64,000 nt of DNA from Rhodothermales bacterium (GTDB lineage: Bacteria; Bacteroidota; Rhodothermia; Rhodothermales; UBA10348). The notes beneath the pieces were generated by a model. That model was not told the origin of the DNA and made no database searches. It saw only the letters and a program-made list of their open reading frames with translations. Of this stretch, positions 1 to 8,209 are shown in pieces. The stretch spans positions 6,058 to 70,057 of the forward strand of contig CBDFGO010000003.1 of NCBI GenBank assembly GCA_965247125.1, in the 5' to 3' direction. Position 1 is the stretch's first letter, and each line of letters begins with the position of its first letter. The translations under genes and the position numbers were made by a program.

Positions 1-199
1 AAACGCGCGAGGATTCGGAGGTGGTAGAGGCCGACTAATCCCAGAGCTTTCCTCCACGTGATCGGCGCTTTTCCAGAGGCGCGGGTCACAGACAGATCCT
101 GCCTGGCGGCGCTGGCCGCGGGTGGCTTCACCACCGCCGGGCGGGACTCTGTCACCTTTTACGAGAAACTGGCCCTTTGAACCGATAAATCAGACCCCA

Positions 200-3100
200 A
201 TGAAGATTGCCATCCTAGCAGACCTGCACGTCAGAGGCTCAGATCTCGACGTATTCGAAGCACAGATGAGCGCGGCCATTCGCGCGATGGTAGAGCGGGA
301 CGTATTCACGGCATTTGTCGCCGGCGATACGTTCGATAGAGATAACATTCACGACCGATCTGCATCAACAGGGCGCATCACGTGGACCGTCGCCCGTCTC
401 CTGGCTAACTCTGGAATTCGTTGGTACCTGGTTGATGGAAATCACGACAAGCCCAACGACACGACGCGTTCGGCCAACTGGTCACTGGCCTCCCTCGACA
501 ATGTTACCGTCATTTCAGAACCATCGCGCATTCCGATGGGAGAAGGAATCGAATTCTACTGTGTGCCGTGGTACTACGAGGCGCAGATGGCTCCCCGTAT
601 TGAGGAAGCACTTCGCCTCCAGGACGAGCATGTCAGGGCAGAGACGAGAGTACTGATCGGCCACGGCCAGGTGCGCGGTGCCCACATGTCGGGGACTCAG
701 TACTGCGAGCACGGCCACTTTGCGATCGGCTCAAATGAACTCCTGGCATACGGCTTCGATCATATCGCGCTCGGCGATTTTCACCGGCGCCAGCCCTTCT
801 ACGTGGGGGCGCTGCGCCAACTGAATCACGGAGAAGAAGGCAACCCCCAGGGCTTCGAGATCTACGACACTGATTCGAACGAGGTCGAGTGGGTAGAGCT
901 CCGCGAGGCCCCTCAGTATCGGACACTCATCTGGACGCAGGGCGAGCCAAAACCCGTGACAAATCCGGCAGAGGTGACCCGAATTCGGACGGAAGGATGG
1001 ACGCCGACAGCGGCGGAAATCGGTGATATTGGGCCGCGCGACAAGATTGATCCGGTAATTGAGCGCCAGGCGATTCAGCGCCGAATCGACGACATCCCCG
1101 AGGGCATACTCTCGGACATGCACGCCGTCCTGGATCTCTATCTGAAGGCCAACGATATCGAGATCACGAAGGAGCTGCACGACGAGCTGGCGAGGCTTCT
1201 CGAGATGGGCGCGCTCTCCGCGTCAGGTCTTCAGCGATCGGCCCGGGGCGGCACGCTCGATATCATTGAGACCCACATCAAGGAGATCGGACCGCACCTT
1301 GATCTGTCAATTGACTGGTCAGAATTCGGAAGCCTGGTTGCGATTCTCGCCGCGAACGGGACGGGCAAGACTATTCTCGCAGAAGCTGATTTTGCGTGCC
1401 TCCACGGGGAATTCCCATCCTACCCGGGGCCACTCTACGACGTGATGACCCAGAACGGTAGCGGCACCTCCGAGCTCAGAACGGTCTTTAAGTACGGGGA
1501 GGATCGCTATGTGGCCAGCCGACGGCTTCACCAGACGGCGAAGACGAAATCTCACGAGGCCACACTCGAAATCATGGAGGCAGGCGCCCCTCGGATCGTG
1601 GCCGGCCCCAAGGTGGGAGATTTCGATAAGGCGATCGAGCACCTTCTGGGAAGTAAGCAGAGCGCGCTAGTGTCGTGGTTCTCGGGCCAGGGCGGTACCG
1701 GCGACATCTGTCTTTTGCCCGTTGTCGATCGGCGCCGTGTTTTCGGCGAGCTCATGGGTTCGGACGGACTCGAGGAGCTGTCACAGCGCTCAAAACAGGA
1801 GGCCGCAAAGGAGACCGCCGAACTCGGCGAAATCGAGCGCAGCATCGAGGCCGAAGCGGGCCTGCCGGAGGAGATAAGGGCGAAGGACGAAGAACTCATC
1901 CGGGTCGATGGACAGCTGCTCGAATTGGGTAAAGAGCAGACTGGCGCGGACACAGTTCTTAAGAATCTCACCGACACCTTGGTGGGGCGCAAAGAAATCC
2001 TCGCCCGCGGAGAGGAGGCCCACAAAGGAGCTCCCGATATCCCGCGGTTGAGAACCGACTACCAACTAGCAAGGCTTGACTCGGACGCTGCGGCCCAGGC
2101 GGCAGCCAGTCTCCCGTCGTTCGAGGCGAAAGCGTCGCGGCTCGAGTACGCGGATGGTCAACTCTCAGCCCACCAGAAATATTCATCATGGAAAACGATT
2201 GACGACAACCTAACGACCTCGATAGCCACGCAGGAAAACACAATCGCGCTCTATGATATCACCGATGCGGATCGGGGAAACGCGGCGGCTCAACCAACGG
2301 TCAAGGTGCAGCTGGACCAACTCAACACAGAGGCGGGCCAGCTTGTTGAGAAAAACGCAGAACTCAACGCCGCTATCGCCTCGGCAGCCGATCAGGTAAA
2401 GGCCCTCGAGGAGTCACGCCAGCTCTCCCCGCTGTTCGGCACCGACTGCGCGCCGTGCCCAATCCTGGCGTCTCTGAAGGCTCAGGTTGGATCAACTGAA
2501 GAGTGGAAAGCCCGTGGTCGTGATGCGGAGCTCGGCCTGGAATCTAATAAGAAAGGCCTGGCGCGGCTGGGGCCGCTCATCGAAGCCGAGGAAAACAGAC
2601 TGGAACTGTGCAAAGCGGCAAGCCTGAAGATCGCCAGCGCTGCAGTTCATTTGGCCCCTGCCCGAGAAGCGCTGAAGGGGTACGAAGACCAACTGCAGTC
2701 GCATCGAAAACTTCCGCCTACGCCCTCTGACCTGACAGAGCTGCAGGCGGCGAACCTGACGACCACGGCCAAGGTCCTGCGGCCGGAAGTTGAACAGCTT
2801 CCCGTTCTTCGCGATCGCGCCTCAAAAAAAGAAGAGCTCGAGGCTAGAACGACCGAGAGGCACAGGGTTCTGGCCGCTGCTGAACAGCAGATAAAATTGC
2901 TCCCAGACCTGTATGTCCTTCGCAGCGCCATCACCGCGGCAGCGCTCGAGGCCACCGAGGCTGTGCTGCGCAAGGATTCGATCGACGGGCAGGTTGTGGA
3001 GGCGAAAGAGCACCGAGCTCGCACTGCCGAGGCTCTCGAGGCGCTGAATGTCCGCCGCAAAACGGTGTGGGAAAACACCCAGCGCACCTCCGCAAAGAAA

Positions 3101-3655
3101 GCCCGTGTGGCGCTGCTGCGCGTGCTCCAGGAGGCCTTCGGCAAGAAGGGCGCCCAAGCGCTTCTGCTCGATGCGTCGATGGCAGATCTCGAACAGGACG
3201 CCCACGAGATCGTCAGTGAGGCGACCGACGGAAGGTTTGCAATCGAGATCAAGACGCAGACCCAGAATGCCGACGGATCCATGAAAGAAGACCTGGCGAT
3301 CATGGCCATCGACCAGCACGGACGCCGCGACGTCTCTCGGTTCTCAGGAGGAGAGAAGCGACTATTTCAGATCGCTCTGCGCATCGCGATGACCAGGTGG
3401 ATTGCCCGCCTCACCGGGCGCAGCGCCGGCGCCATTAGAATCGATGAGACCTTCGATGCGCTCGACACGGAGCGCGCGATCGTGGTCATCGAAATGTTCG
3501 AGCGGCTCAAGGATCGGTTCTCGCGTGTCATTCTCGTGACGCACAACCCCTCGTTCGCCTCCCGCATTCCTGATCGCATTGAGCTCGGAAAACAGACGCC
3601 GGCGCCGGCACAGGCCGAGCCCGAAGAAATGGAGCTCGAGGAGGCGCCGCTATGA
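200..3655 (+). CDS. Single-chain SbcD/Mre11-like metallophosphoesterase fused to SbcC/Rad50-like SMC ATPase with a long coiled coil and CxxC zinc hook. The ORF track starts at 122; MKIAILADLH at 200 is the likely start.
   Basis: N-terminus has calcineurin-like phosphoesterase motifs (ILADLH, GDTFD, GNHD, GHGQ, GDFH). Walker A is AANGTGKT. A roughly 500-aa coiled-coil region contains CAPCP, a CxxC hook. C-terminus has the ABC signature FSGGEKR, Walker B/D-loop IRIDETFDALD and H-loop ILVTHNP. The TGA stop overlaps the next ATG (ATGA). Confidence 0.8.
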   Translation: MKIAILADLHVRGSDLDVFEAQMSAAIRAMVERDVFTAFVAGDTFDRDNIHDRSASTGRITWTVARLLANSGIRWYLVDGNHDKPNDTTRSANWSLASLDNVTVISEPSRIPMGEGIEFYCVPWYYEAQMAPRIEEALRLQDEHVRAETRVLIGHGQVRGAHMSGTQYCEHGHFAIGSNELLAYGFDHIALGDFHRRQPFYVGALRQLNHGEEGNPQGFEIYDTDSNEVEWVELREAPQYRTLIWTQGEPKPVTNPAEVTRIRTEGWTPTAAEIGDIGPRDKIDPVIERQAIQRRIDDIPEGILSDMHAVLDLYLKANDIEITKELHDELARLLEMGALSASGLQRSARGGTLDIIETHIKEIGPHLDLSIDWSEFGSLVAILAANGTGKTILAEADFACLHGEFPSYPGPLYDVMTQNGSGTSELRTVFKYGEDRYVASRRLHQTAKTKSHEATLEIMEAGAPRIVAGPKVGDFDKAIEHLLGSKQSALVSWFSGQGGTGDICLLPVVDRRRVFGELMGSDGLEELSQRSKQEAAKETAELGEIERSIEAEAGLPEEIRAKDEELIRVDGQLLELGKEQTGADTVLKNLTDTLVGRKEILARGEEAHKGAPDIPRLRTDYQLARLDSDAAAQAAASLPSFEAKASRLEYADGQLSAHQKYSSWKTIDDNLTTSIATQENTIALYDITDADRGNAAAQPTVKVQLDQLNTEAGQLVEKNAELNAAIASAADQVKALEESRQLSPLFGTDCAPCPILASLKAQVGSTEEWKARGRDAELGLESNKKGLARLGPLIEAEENRLELCKAASLKIASAAVHLAPAREALKGYEDQLQSHRKLPPTPSDLTELQAANLTTTAKVLRPEVEQLPVLRDRASKKEELEARTTERHRVLAAAEQQIKLLPDLYVLRSAITAAALEATEAVLRKDSIDGQVVEAKEHRARTAEALEALNVRRKTVWENTQRTSAKKARVALLRVLQEAFGKKGAQALLLDASMADLEQDAHEIVSEATDGRFAIEIKTQTQNADGSMKEDLAIMAIDQHGRRDVSRFSGGEKRLFQIALRIAMTRWIARLTGRSAGAIRIDETFDALDTERAIVVIEMFERLKDRFSRVILVTHNPSFASRIPDRIELGKQTPAPAQAEPEEMELEEAPL

Positions 3656-4062
3656 ACGAAGTCCTTCAAATCGACCGGCTCTCGAGGAGCGAACTCGCCA
3701 GTATCGTCGAGAGCGCTGTCGAGCGGGCCGTGAGCCCTGTGCAGCGCGAGCTCGAGCTCTGGCGCCAGCACGCCATCCGGATGAAGACCGTCATTTCGGC
3801 GTCCGACGCAGCCGTCCTATCGGCTGTCAAGCGAGAGACCGTGATCGATGAGTGGATAAAGCACTGGGGCCTGCCAGCCTTCAAGCGCGGCCAGCAGTGG
3901 AATATGTACTTCGTCGACCTCATGGCCTGGCGCATCGGCGAGGTCGGGTTTTCCATACGAAGCCCACACATCACAATTGTTGAACCCCAACACCTGGCAC
4001 GAAAGCATGCAGGACATCGAAGCATATCCACTGCGCTGGCCACTCGGATATCCGCGAACTAA
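3652..4062 (+). CDS. Excisionase/MerR-like HTH (HTH_17-like) DNA-binding protein.
   Basis: Segment VISASDAAVLSAVKRETVIDEWIKHWGLPAFKRGQQWNMYFVDLMAW fits the excisionase-family HTH pattern. Translationally coupled to the upstream gene. The 3' end overlaps the next ORF, so the true C-terminus is uncertain. Confidence 0.55.
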   Translation: MNEVLQIDRLSRSELASIVESAVERAVSPVQRELELWRQHAIRMKTVISASDAAVLSAVKRETVIDEWIKHWGLPAFKRGQQWNMYFVDLMAWRIGEVGFSIRSPHITIVEPQHLARKHAGHRSISTALATRISAN

Positions 4063-4648
4063 GTACCCGAAGCTGTCTCCGTTCAAGAAGACCCGCTACG
4101 ACTACGATCTCGGCAAGACCTTGCGGCGCACGCTCGAAGCCGAGCGCACATTCCTCAGAACGGAATTGCGTCTGCTTAAGGCGAAAAACGTAGTGGTCTC
4201 GACCGATATCCCGCTTCGGCAGGACGGAGAGTTCTACTCGCAGCGGCGCAATCCTGATGACCCGGCCATTGCTGTCTATTTCGTCCTGGGCGACCAGCAG
4301 AAGGTGATTGCGTGTGATGCCTGGAACAACATACAGGATAATATTCGCGCCATTGCCAGAACGATCAAGAATCTGCGCGGCCTCGATCGCTACAAATGTA
4401 CCGACATCATGAAGGGCGTTTTTTCCGGCCTCGAGGAGCGCATGTTGCCGGCAGCCGGCGAAGGCTCGGGCGCCGCCTGGTGGGACGTACTCGAAATCGA
4501 TATGGGGGCTTCAGCCGATGAGATCGATCGGGCTTTCAAGCGCCTGGCCAAGCTACACCACCCCGATGTGCCTGGAGGCAGCGCCGACACCTATCACACC
4601 ATCTCTGAGGCCCGCCTGCAGGGACTCTCATCACGAGGCCAATCATGA
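3977..4648 (+). CDS. J-domain (DnaJ-like, HPD motif) protein with an N-terminal domain of unknown function. An alternative start is at 4007.
   Basis: C-terminal WWDVLEIDMGASADEIDRAFKRLAKLHHPDVPGG matches J-domain helices II-III with the HPD tripeptide. The N-terminal roughly 150 aa are unrecognised. The stop overlaps the next start (ATGA at 4645). Confidence 0.7.
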   Translation: MLNPNTWHESMQDIEAYPLRWPLGYPRTKYPKLSPFKKTRYDYDLGKTLRRTLEAERTFLRTELRLLKAKNVVVSTDIPLRQDGEFYSQRRNPDDPAIAVYFVLGDQQKVIACDAWNNIQDNIRAIARTIKNLRGLDRYKCTDIMKGVFSGLEERMLPAAGEGSGAAWWDVLEIDMGASADEIDRAFKRLAKLHHPDVPGGSADTYHTISEARLQGLSSRGQS

Positions 4649-5457
4649 AGAAGAATGATTCAAACGCCAAGCTATTCCTGGACGTCGAAACGACAGGCAC
4701 CCAGCGCGACAAAGACCAGGTGGTACAGCTGGCCATGATCCTCGAAAAGGGAGAGGGGCGCCTGTCCTACAAGTGGCTCATGAAGCCCACAATAGAGATA
4801 TCTCCCGGGGCCCTGGCTGTCCACAAGATCACCGCGGCCATGCTCGAAAACGAGAAGCCGTTCTCGCACTTCGCGGAGTTCATCTATCAACAGGTCCTCG
4901 CCGCCGACGTCATCGTCGGCTACAATGTTGATTTTGACATTGCTATCGTAGCGGCTGAATTGAAGCGCTGCGGCCTGGCCGACCCCTTCGTCGGAAAGAC
5001 GAAGATCGACCCGTATAAGCTGTGGCTCGCTCGGCGTCCCAGAAAACTCGAGGACGCATATCGCGAATTCGTCGGATCCGAAATGACGGATCAGCACGAT
5101 GCTCTTTCGGATGTCACCGCGACCGAGGCCGTCCTCTACGAGATGATCCGGGAGTTTGGGCTCGAGGACCTCAGTACAGACGAGCTCTGCGACGCCTGCT
5201 TCCCTGACATGAAGCACTGGTGCGGGCCGAGCGAGCACTTCGTGTGGGAGCCGTGGGGCCTCAGCTTCGGGTTCGGAAAGTCCAACGGGAGGCCACTGTT
5301 GGGTTACCACGACATCAGATACATGAATTGGATGCTGGGCGGCACCTTCCCCCAGCACGTGAAAGACATCGTTTCGGCTCGCCTGCATTGGAAGGGCGAT
5401 CGAGATGGATTCCACGCCGCTATGGAAGAGGTCTACGGCGGCACGCGCCAAGCCTAG
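4645..5457 (+). CDS. DEDDh 3'-5' exonuclease (DnaQ/PolIII-epsilon-like) with a C-terminal DUF3820-like domain.
   Basis: Exo I is FLDVETTG, Exo II is YNVDFD, Exo III is HDALSDV. The C-terminal FGFGKSNGRPLLGYHDIRYMNWMLGG resembles the DUF3820 (FGKYKG...W) domain. The 3' end abuts the IS3-C remnant. Confidence 0.8.
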   Translation: MKKNDSNAKLFLDVETTGTQRDKDQVVQLAMILEKGEGRLSYKWLMKPTIEISPGALAVHKITAAMLENEKPFSHFAEFIYQQVLAADVIVGYNVDFDIAIVAAELKRCGLADPFVGKTKIDPYKLWLARRPRKLEDAYREFVGSEMTDQHDALSDVTATEAVLYEMIREFGLEDLSTDELCDACFPDMKHWCGPSEHFVWEPWGLSFGFGKSNGRPLLGYHDIRYMNWMLGGTFPQHVKDIVSARLHWKGDRDGFHAAMEEVYGGTRQA

Positions 5458-5459
5458 GT

Positions 5460-5879
5460 CGCGATCAGCCAATGTAGACCGATATCGCTGAGTTGAACGT
5501 GCTTTAGAAAGTACCAGGCAAGCCCGCCGCTCACTCACATTCAGACTCTTCTGAACATGACGAACGGCCAATCTGCGACGCGACGGGCTTAATACTTTCC
5601 CGTTATTGCCTCTTTCAAGATGGCATTATCAAGAACCTGATCTGCCAGCAGCTTTTTCAGCCGGGTATTCTCCTTCTCGAGTTCCTTGAGACGACGAATG
5701 TCCTGCTTGTGCATCCCGCCGTACTTCTTCTTCCATCGCTAGTAAGTCTGTTCAGTTACTTCAATGGATTTGACAGCTTCAGCTATCGATTGGCCCTGAG
5801 CACTCAGCGATTCAACCGTGCGAAGTTTCTCGATGATCTGGCCTGCGGTGTGTTTACTTCCTTTCATGTTGATGCAGTT
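5460..5879 (-). pseudogene. IS3-family element remnant (IS3-C). Its orfA carries an in-frame TAG and only the first ~40 codons of orfB survive. It is truncated by the neighbouring gene junction and by the IS3-A1 insertion.
   Basis: Minus-strand translation gives MKGSKHTAGQIIEKLRTVESL...TEQTY(TAG)RWKKKYGGM...LRRLKELEKENTRLKKLLADQ, a typical IS3/IS911 OrfA. It is followed by an orfB start, LNVSERRACLVLSKARSTQRY, which then becomes antisense to the exonuclease gene. Confidence 0.6.
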
Positions 5880-5930
5880 AGAGATGGTCCTGATTCATCG
5901 GACAGTCTGAACAACAAATAAGGTGGAGTC

Positions 5931-6254
5931 TTGCGATCTTATCACCCTCAAGAAAGGCTACAAACGATGAGTCGCAAAAGAAGAAATCACAGCAATGCCT
6001 TCAAAGCAAAAGTAGCACTGGCGGCGGTTAAGGGAGACCGCACGATGGCCGAGTTGGCAGACCAATTCCAGGTGCACCCGAATCAGATTCAGACCTGGAA
6101 GAAGAAATTGATTCAGGACGCTGAAGAGGTCTTTGACAAAGGGCATTCCAGAAAGCACAACGAGGAGGGCCAGATCAAGGAGCTTCGCGCCAAGATTGGC
6201 GAGCTTTCGATGGAGAAGGATTTTTTATCCAAAGCGCTCGGTCGCACCCAGTAG
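5931..6254 (+). CDS. IS3-family transposase OrfA (HTH).
   Basis: MSRKRRNHSNAFKAKVALAAVKGDRTMAELADQFQVHPNQIQTWKKK is a typical IS3/IS150 OrfA. Confidence 0.85.
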   Translation: MRSYHPQERLQTMSRKRRNHSNAFKAKVALAAVKGDRTMAELADQFQVHPNQIQTWKKKLIQDAEEVFDKGHSRKHNEEGQIKELRAKIGELSMEKDFLSKALGRTQ

Positions 6255-6268
6255 GTGAGCGCCGCCAA

Positions 6269-7096
6269 ATGATCGACCCAATCCACGACCTCTCCATCAA
6301 ACGGCAGTGCAATCTGCTGGAGCTGAATCGCTCAACGGCCTACTACAAGCCGGTGGGCGAGAGCAAAGAGAACCTGGCCGTGATGAAAAAACTGGATGAG
6401 CTCTACCTTGAGCGGCCCACGCGAGGATCGCGCACCATGAAGGATGCGCTCGAGGACAGAGGTATTTTTGTGGGCCGCCATCGAATCCGGCGATTAATGC
6501 GTCTGATGGGCCTTATTGCCATTTATCCTAAGAAACGGACCTCGATTCCGGGAAAGGGTCACAAGATTTATCCGTATCTCTTGCGTAAGCTCAACGTGAC
6601 GCGGCCCCGGCAGGTTTACGCAAGCGACATCACATTCATTCCGATGAAAAGGGGATTCGTTTACCTGGTCGCCGTCATCGACTGGTACAGCCGAAAAGTA
6701 CTCTCACGCCGGATCTCCAATACGATGGACACCGACTTCTGTGTGGAAGCGCTCGAAGAAGCAATCGCCGTGTATGGAGCGCCAGAGATCTTCAATACGG
6801 ATCAGGGCAGCCAGTTCACACCCGTGGCCTTTACTGATGTTCTGAAGAATCATGACATCAAAATCTCTATGGATGGCAAAGGACGCTGGATGGACAACGT
6901 GTTCGTTGAACGTCTGTGGCGTAGCCTGAAATATGAAGAGGTGTACCTTAAAGCCTATGACAGTGTGGCTGAAGCCCGCAAATCCATTGCTGTATACTTC
7001 GACTACTTCAATAACGAAAGGCGACACAGCTCACATGGAAGAAAGACCCCTGATCACGTATTTTTTAATCACCAGCCGCTTCAAGAAGCAGCATAA
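6269..7096 (+). CDS. IS3-family transposase OrfB (DDE integrase core).
   Basis: rve-type DDE motifs (DITF..., SMDGKGRWMDNVFVERLWRSLKYEEVY). It is in the -1 frame relative to orfA. Confidence 0.85.
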   Translation: MIDPIHDLSIKRQCNLLELNRSTAYYKPVGESKENLAVMKKLDELYLERPTRGSRTMKDALEDRGIFVGRHRIRRLMRLMGLIAIYPKKRTSIPGKGHKIYPYLLRKLNVTRPRQVYASDITFIPMKRGFVYLVAVIDWYSRKVLSRRISNTMDTDFCVEALEEAIAVYGAPEIFNTDQGSQFTPVAFTDVLKNHDIKISMDGKGRWMDNVFVERLWRSLKYEEVYLKAYDSVAEARKSIAVYFDYFNNERRHSSHGRKTPDHVFFNHQPLQEAA

Positions 7097-7194
7097 TCAA
7101 TCCGCAAGATTCCACCTAAGACCCTGTCCAGTTTTATAGGACCATCTCTTTGGTTGTAGCCAAGCGTTTTCATGTCGGAGCTAAATGGCTGACC

Positions 7195-8046
7195 CTACTC
7201 ACGAAGAACTACGAACAGAAAGGTCGAAAAGAGTCCGAAGTCCCCTTCAATCGCACCGTGATAGATTCCAGGAACTAGTGCCTTGACGTTGATGTCAACT
7301 CCACATTGCTTAGGTTCACATTTCATCCTGCTGATTGCCACACGCTTTCCGGCTGAGTTGTACACATACGTTGTCGCATTCTGTTGATTGTCGTTTCCAA
7401 TGCGAATTGAAACCGTTGAACCGGCTGGATTGGGAAATACATTGACTACAGGATTCGCAACTGAAGGGAGCCGGGGATTCTGCAGACCCACCACTATTTG
7501 TCCACCAATTATGACTCTATACAACTCGTACTGGGCAAAACGGAAGTTAATTTTTGACACGCCGATGTCAGGAGAAAACGTATATGATCGTTCATCATCT
7601 CGACCGCTTACGTCGTCGAAATACATCCGAAGAGAGCCATCGAAGGTTCCTGCGAATACTGGTGAGGTCACATCTCGATCGATTGTGACATCGACTTGGG
7701 ATGTGGGATTTTCGGGATTCGGGAATGAATAGGTGTCTCCTTCTGCCAAGCTGAAATCCAGCATCAGAAAGTCTTGATCGTCATACCGAGCCCATACATT
7801 TCCAGCTCCATCCAGCCTTACCAATTGGATGCCAAAGTAAATGATGTGCTCGTTGACACGATGGTAGAGGGTATCATTTACGATCTGTGTAGTGTCGATG
7901 GTGAAATAGACTGCATCATCAGTGTCGGGATTCGTGGCATCGCTATGCGAAAAGAGGTAGGTCCACTGGCTGTCTATTTCCAACGGCAGAAACTTTACCT
8001 GGGATTGCTGGGCTAAGGCCAAACTGGTCAACCAGAAATACGACAT
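7195..8046 (-). CDS. Secreted protein with a T9SS (Por) C-terminal sorting domain. The ORF track extends to 8103; the signal-peptide Met at about 8046 is the likely start.
   Basis: Signal peptide MSYFWLTSLALAQQ. C-terminal VFPNPAGSTVSIRIG...VYNSAGKRVA...ALVPGIYHG...FVVLRE matches the T9SS CTD pattern. Confidence 0.6.
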   Translation of the reverse strand: MSYFWLTSLALAQQSQVKFLPLEIDSQWTYLFSHSDATNPDTDDAVYFTIDTTQIVNDTLYHRVNEHIIYFGIQLVRLDGAGNVWARYDDQDFLMLDFSLAEGDTYSFPNPENPTSQVDVTIDRDVTSPVFAGTFDGSLRMYFDDVSGRDDERSYTFSPDIGVSKINFRFAQYELYRVIIGGQIVVGLQNPRLPSVANPVVNVFPNPAGSTVSIRIGNDNQQNATTYVYNSAGKRVAISRMKCEPKQCGVDINVKALVPGIYHGAIEGDFGLFSTFLFVVLRE

Positions 8047-8209
8047 AGTCAGAAATGCAGATTTGATGATTCTCACGAGCACAATTTGGCCACTAGAAGG
8101 CATAAAGTTAGACCTGAAGATTTGAGTATATATGGGTATTTCTACCTATTCTGATAGGAAAATATACTTATTCTGAACGTACAAAGAGATGGTCCTATAA
8201 AACTGGACA

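Larger units (their letters stand above)
5880..7151 (+). mobile_element. IS3-family insertion sequence, copy A1 (orfA/orfB with -1 frame relationship).
   Basis: Terminal inverted repeats AGAGATGGTCC...GGACCATCTCT. OrfA spans 5931-6254 (HTH) and OrfB 6269-7096 (DDE), with OrfB in the -1 frame. A TTTTTTA slippery-like run lies at about 6224. Confidence 0.85.

Noticed and set aside
315-3771. Numerous 60-220 aa ORFs overlapping the 1177-aa gene on both strands (for example 1552-2025, 2647-3309, 2822-3319).
   Set aside because: These are antisense or alternative-frame ORFs within a GC-rich gene that has clear domain motifs in its own frame. This is typical GC-rich spurious ORFing.
4672-5571. 299-aa minus-strand ORF overlapping the exonuclease gene.
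   Set aside because: Only its first ~40 codons, an IS3-C orfB start, are meaningful. The remainder is the antisense of the DEDDh exonuclease gene, which has clear Exo I-III motifs.
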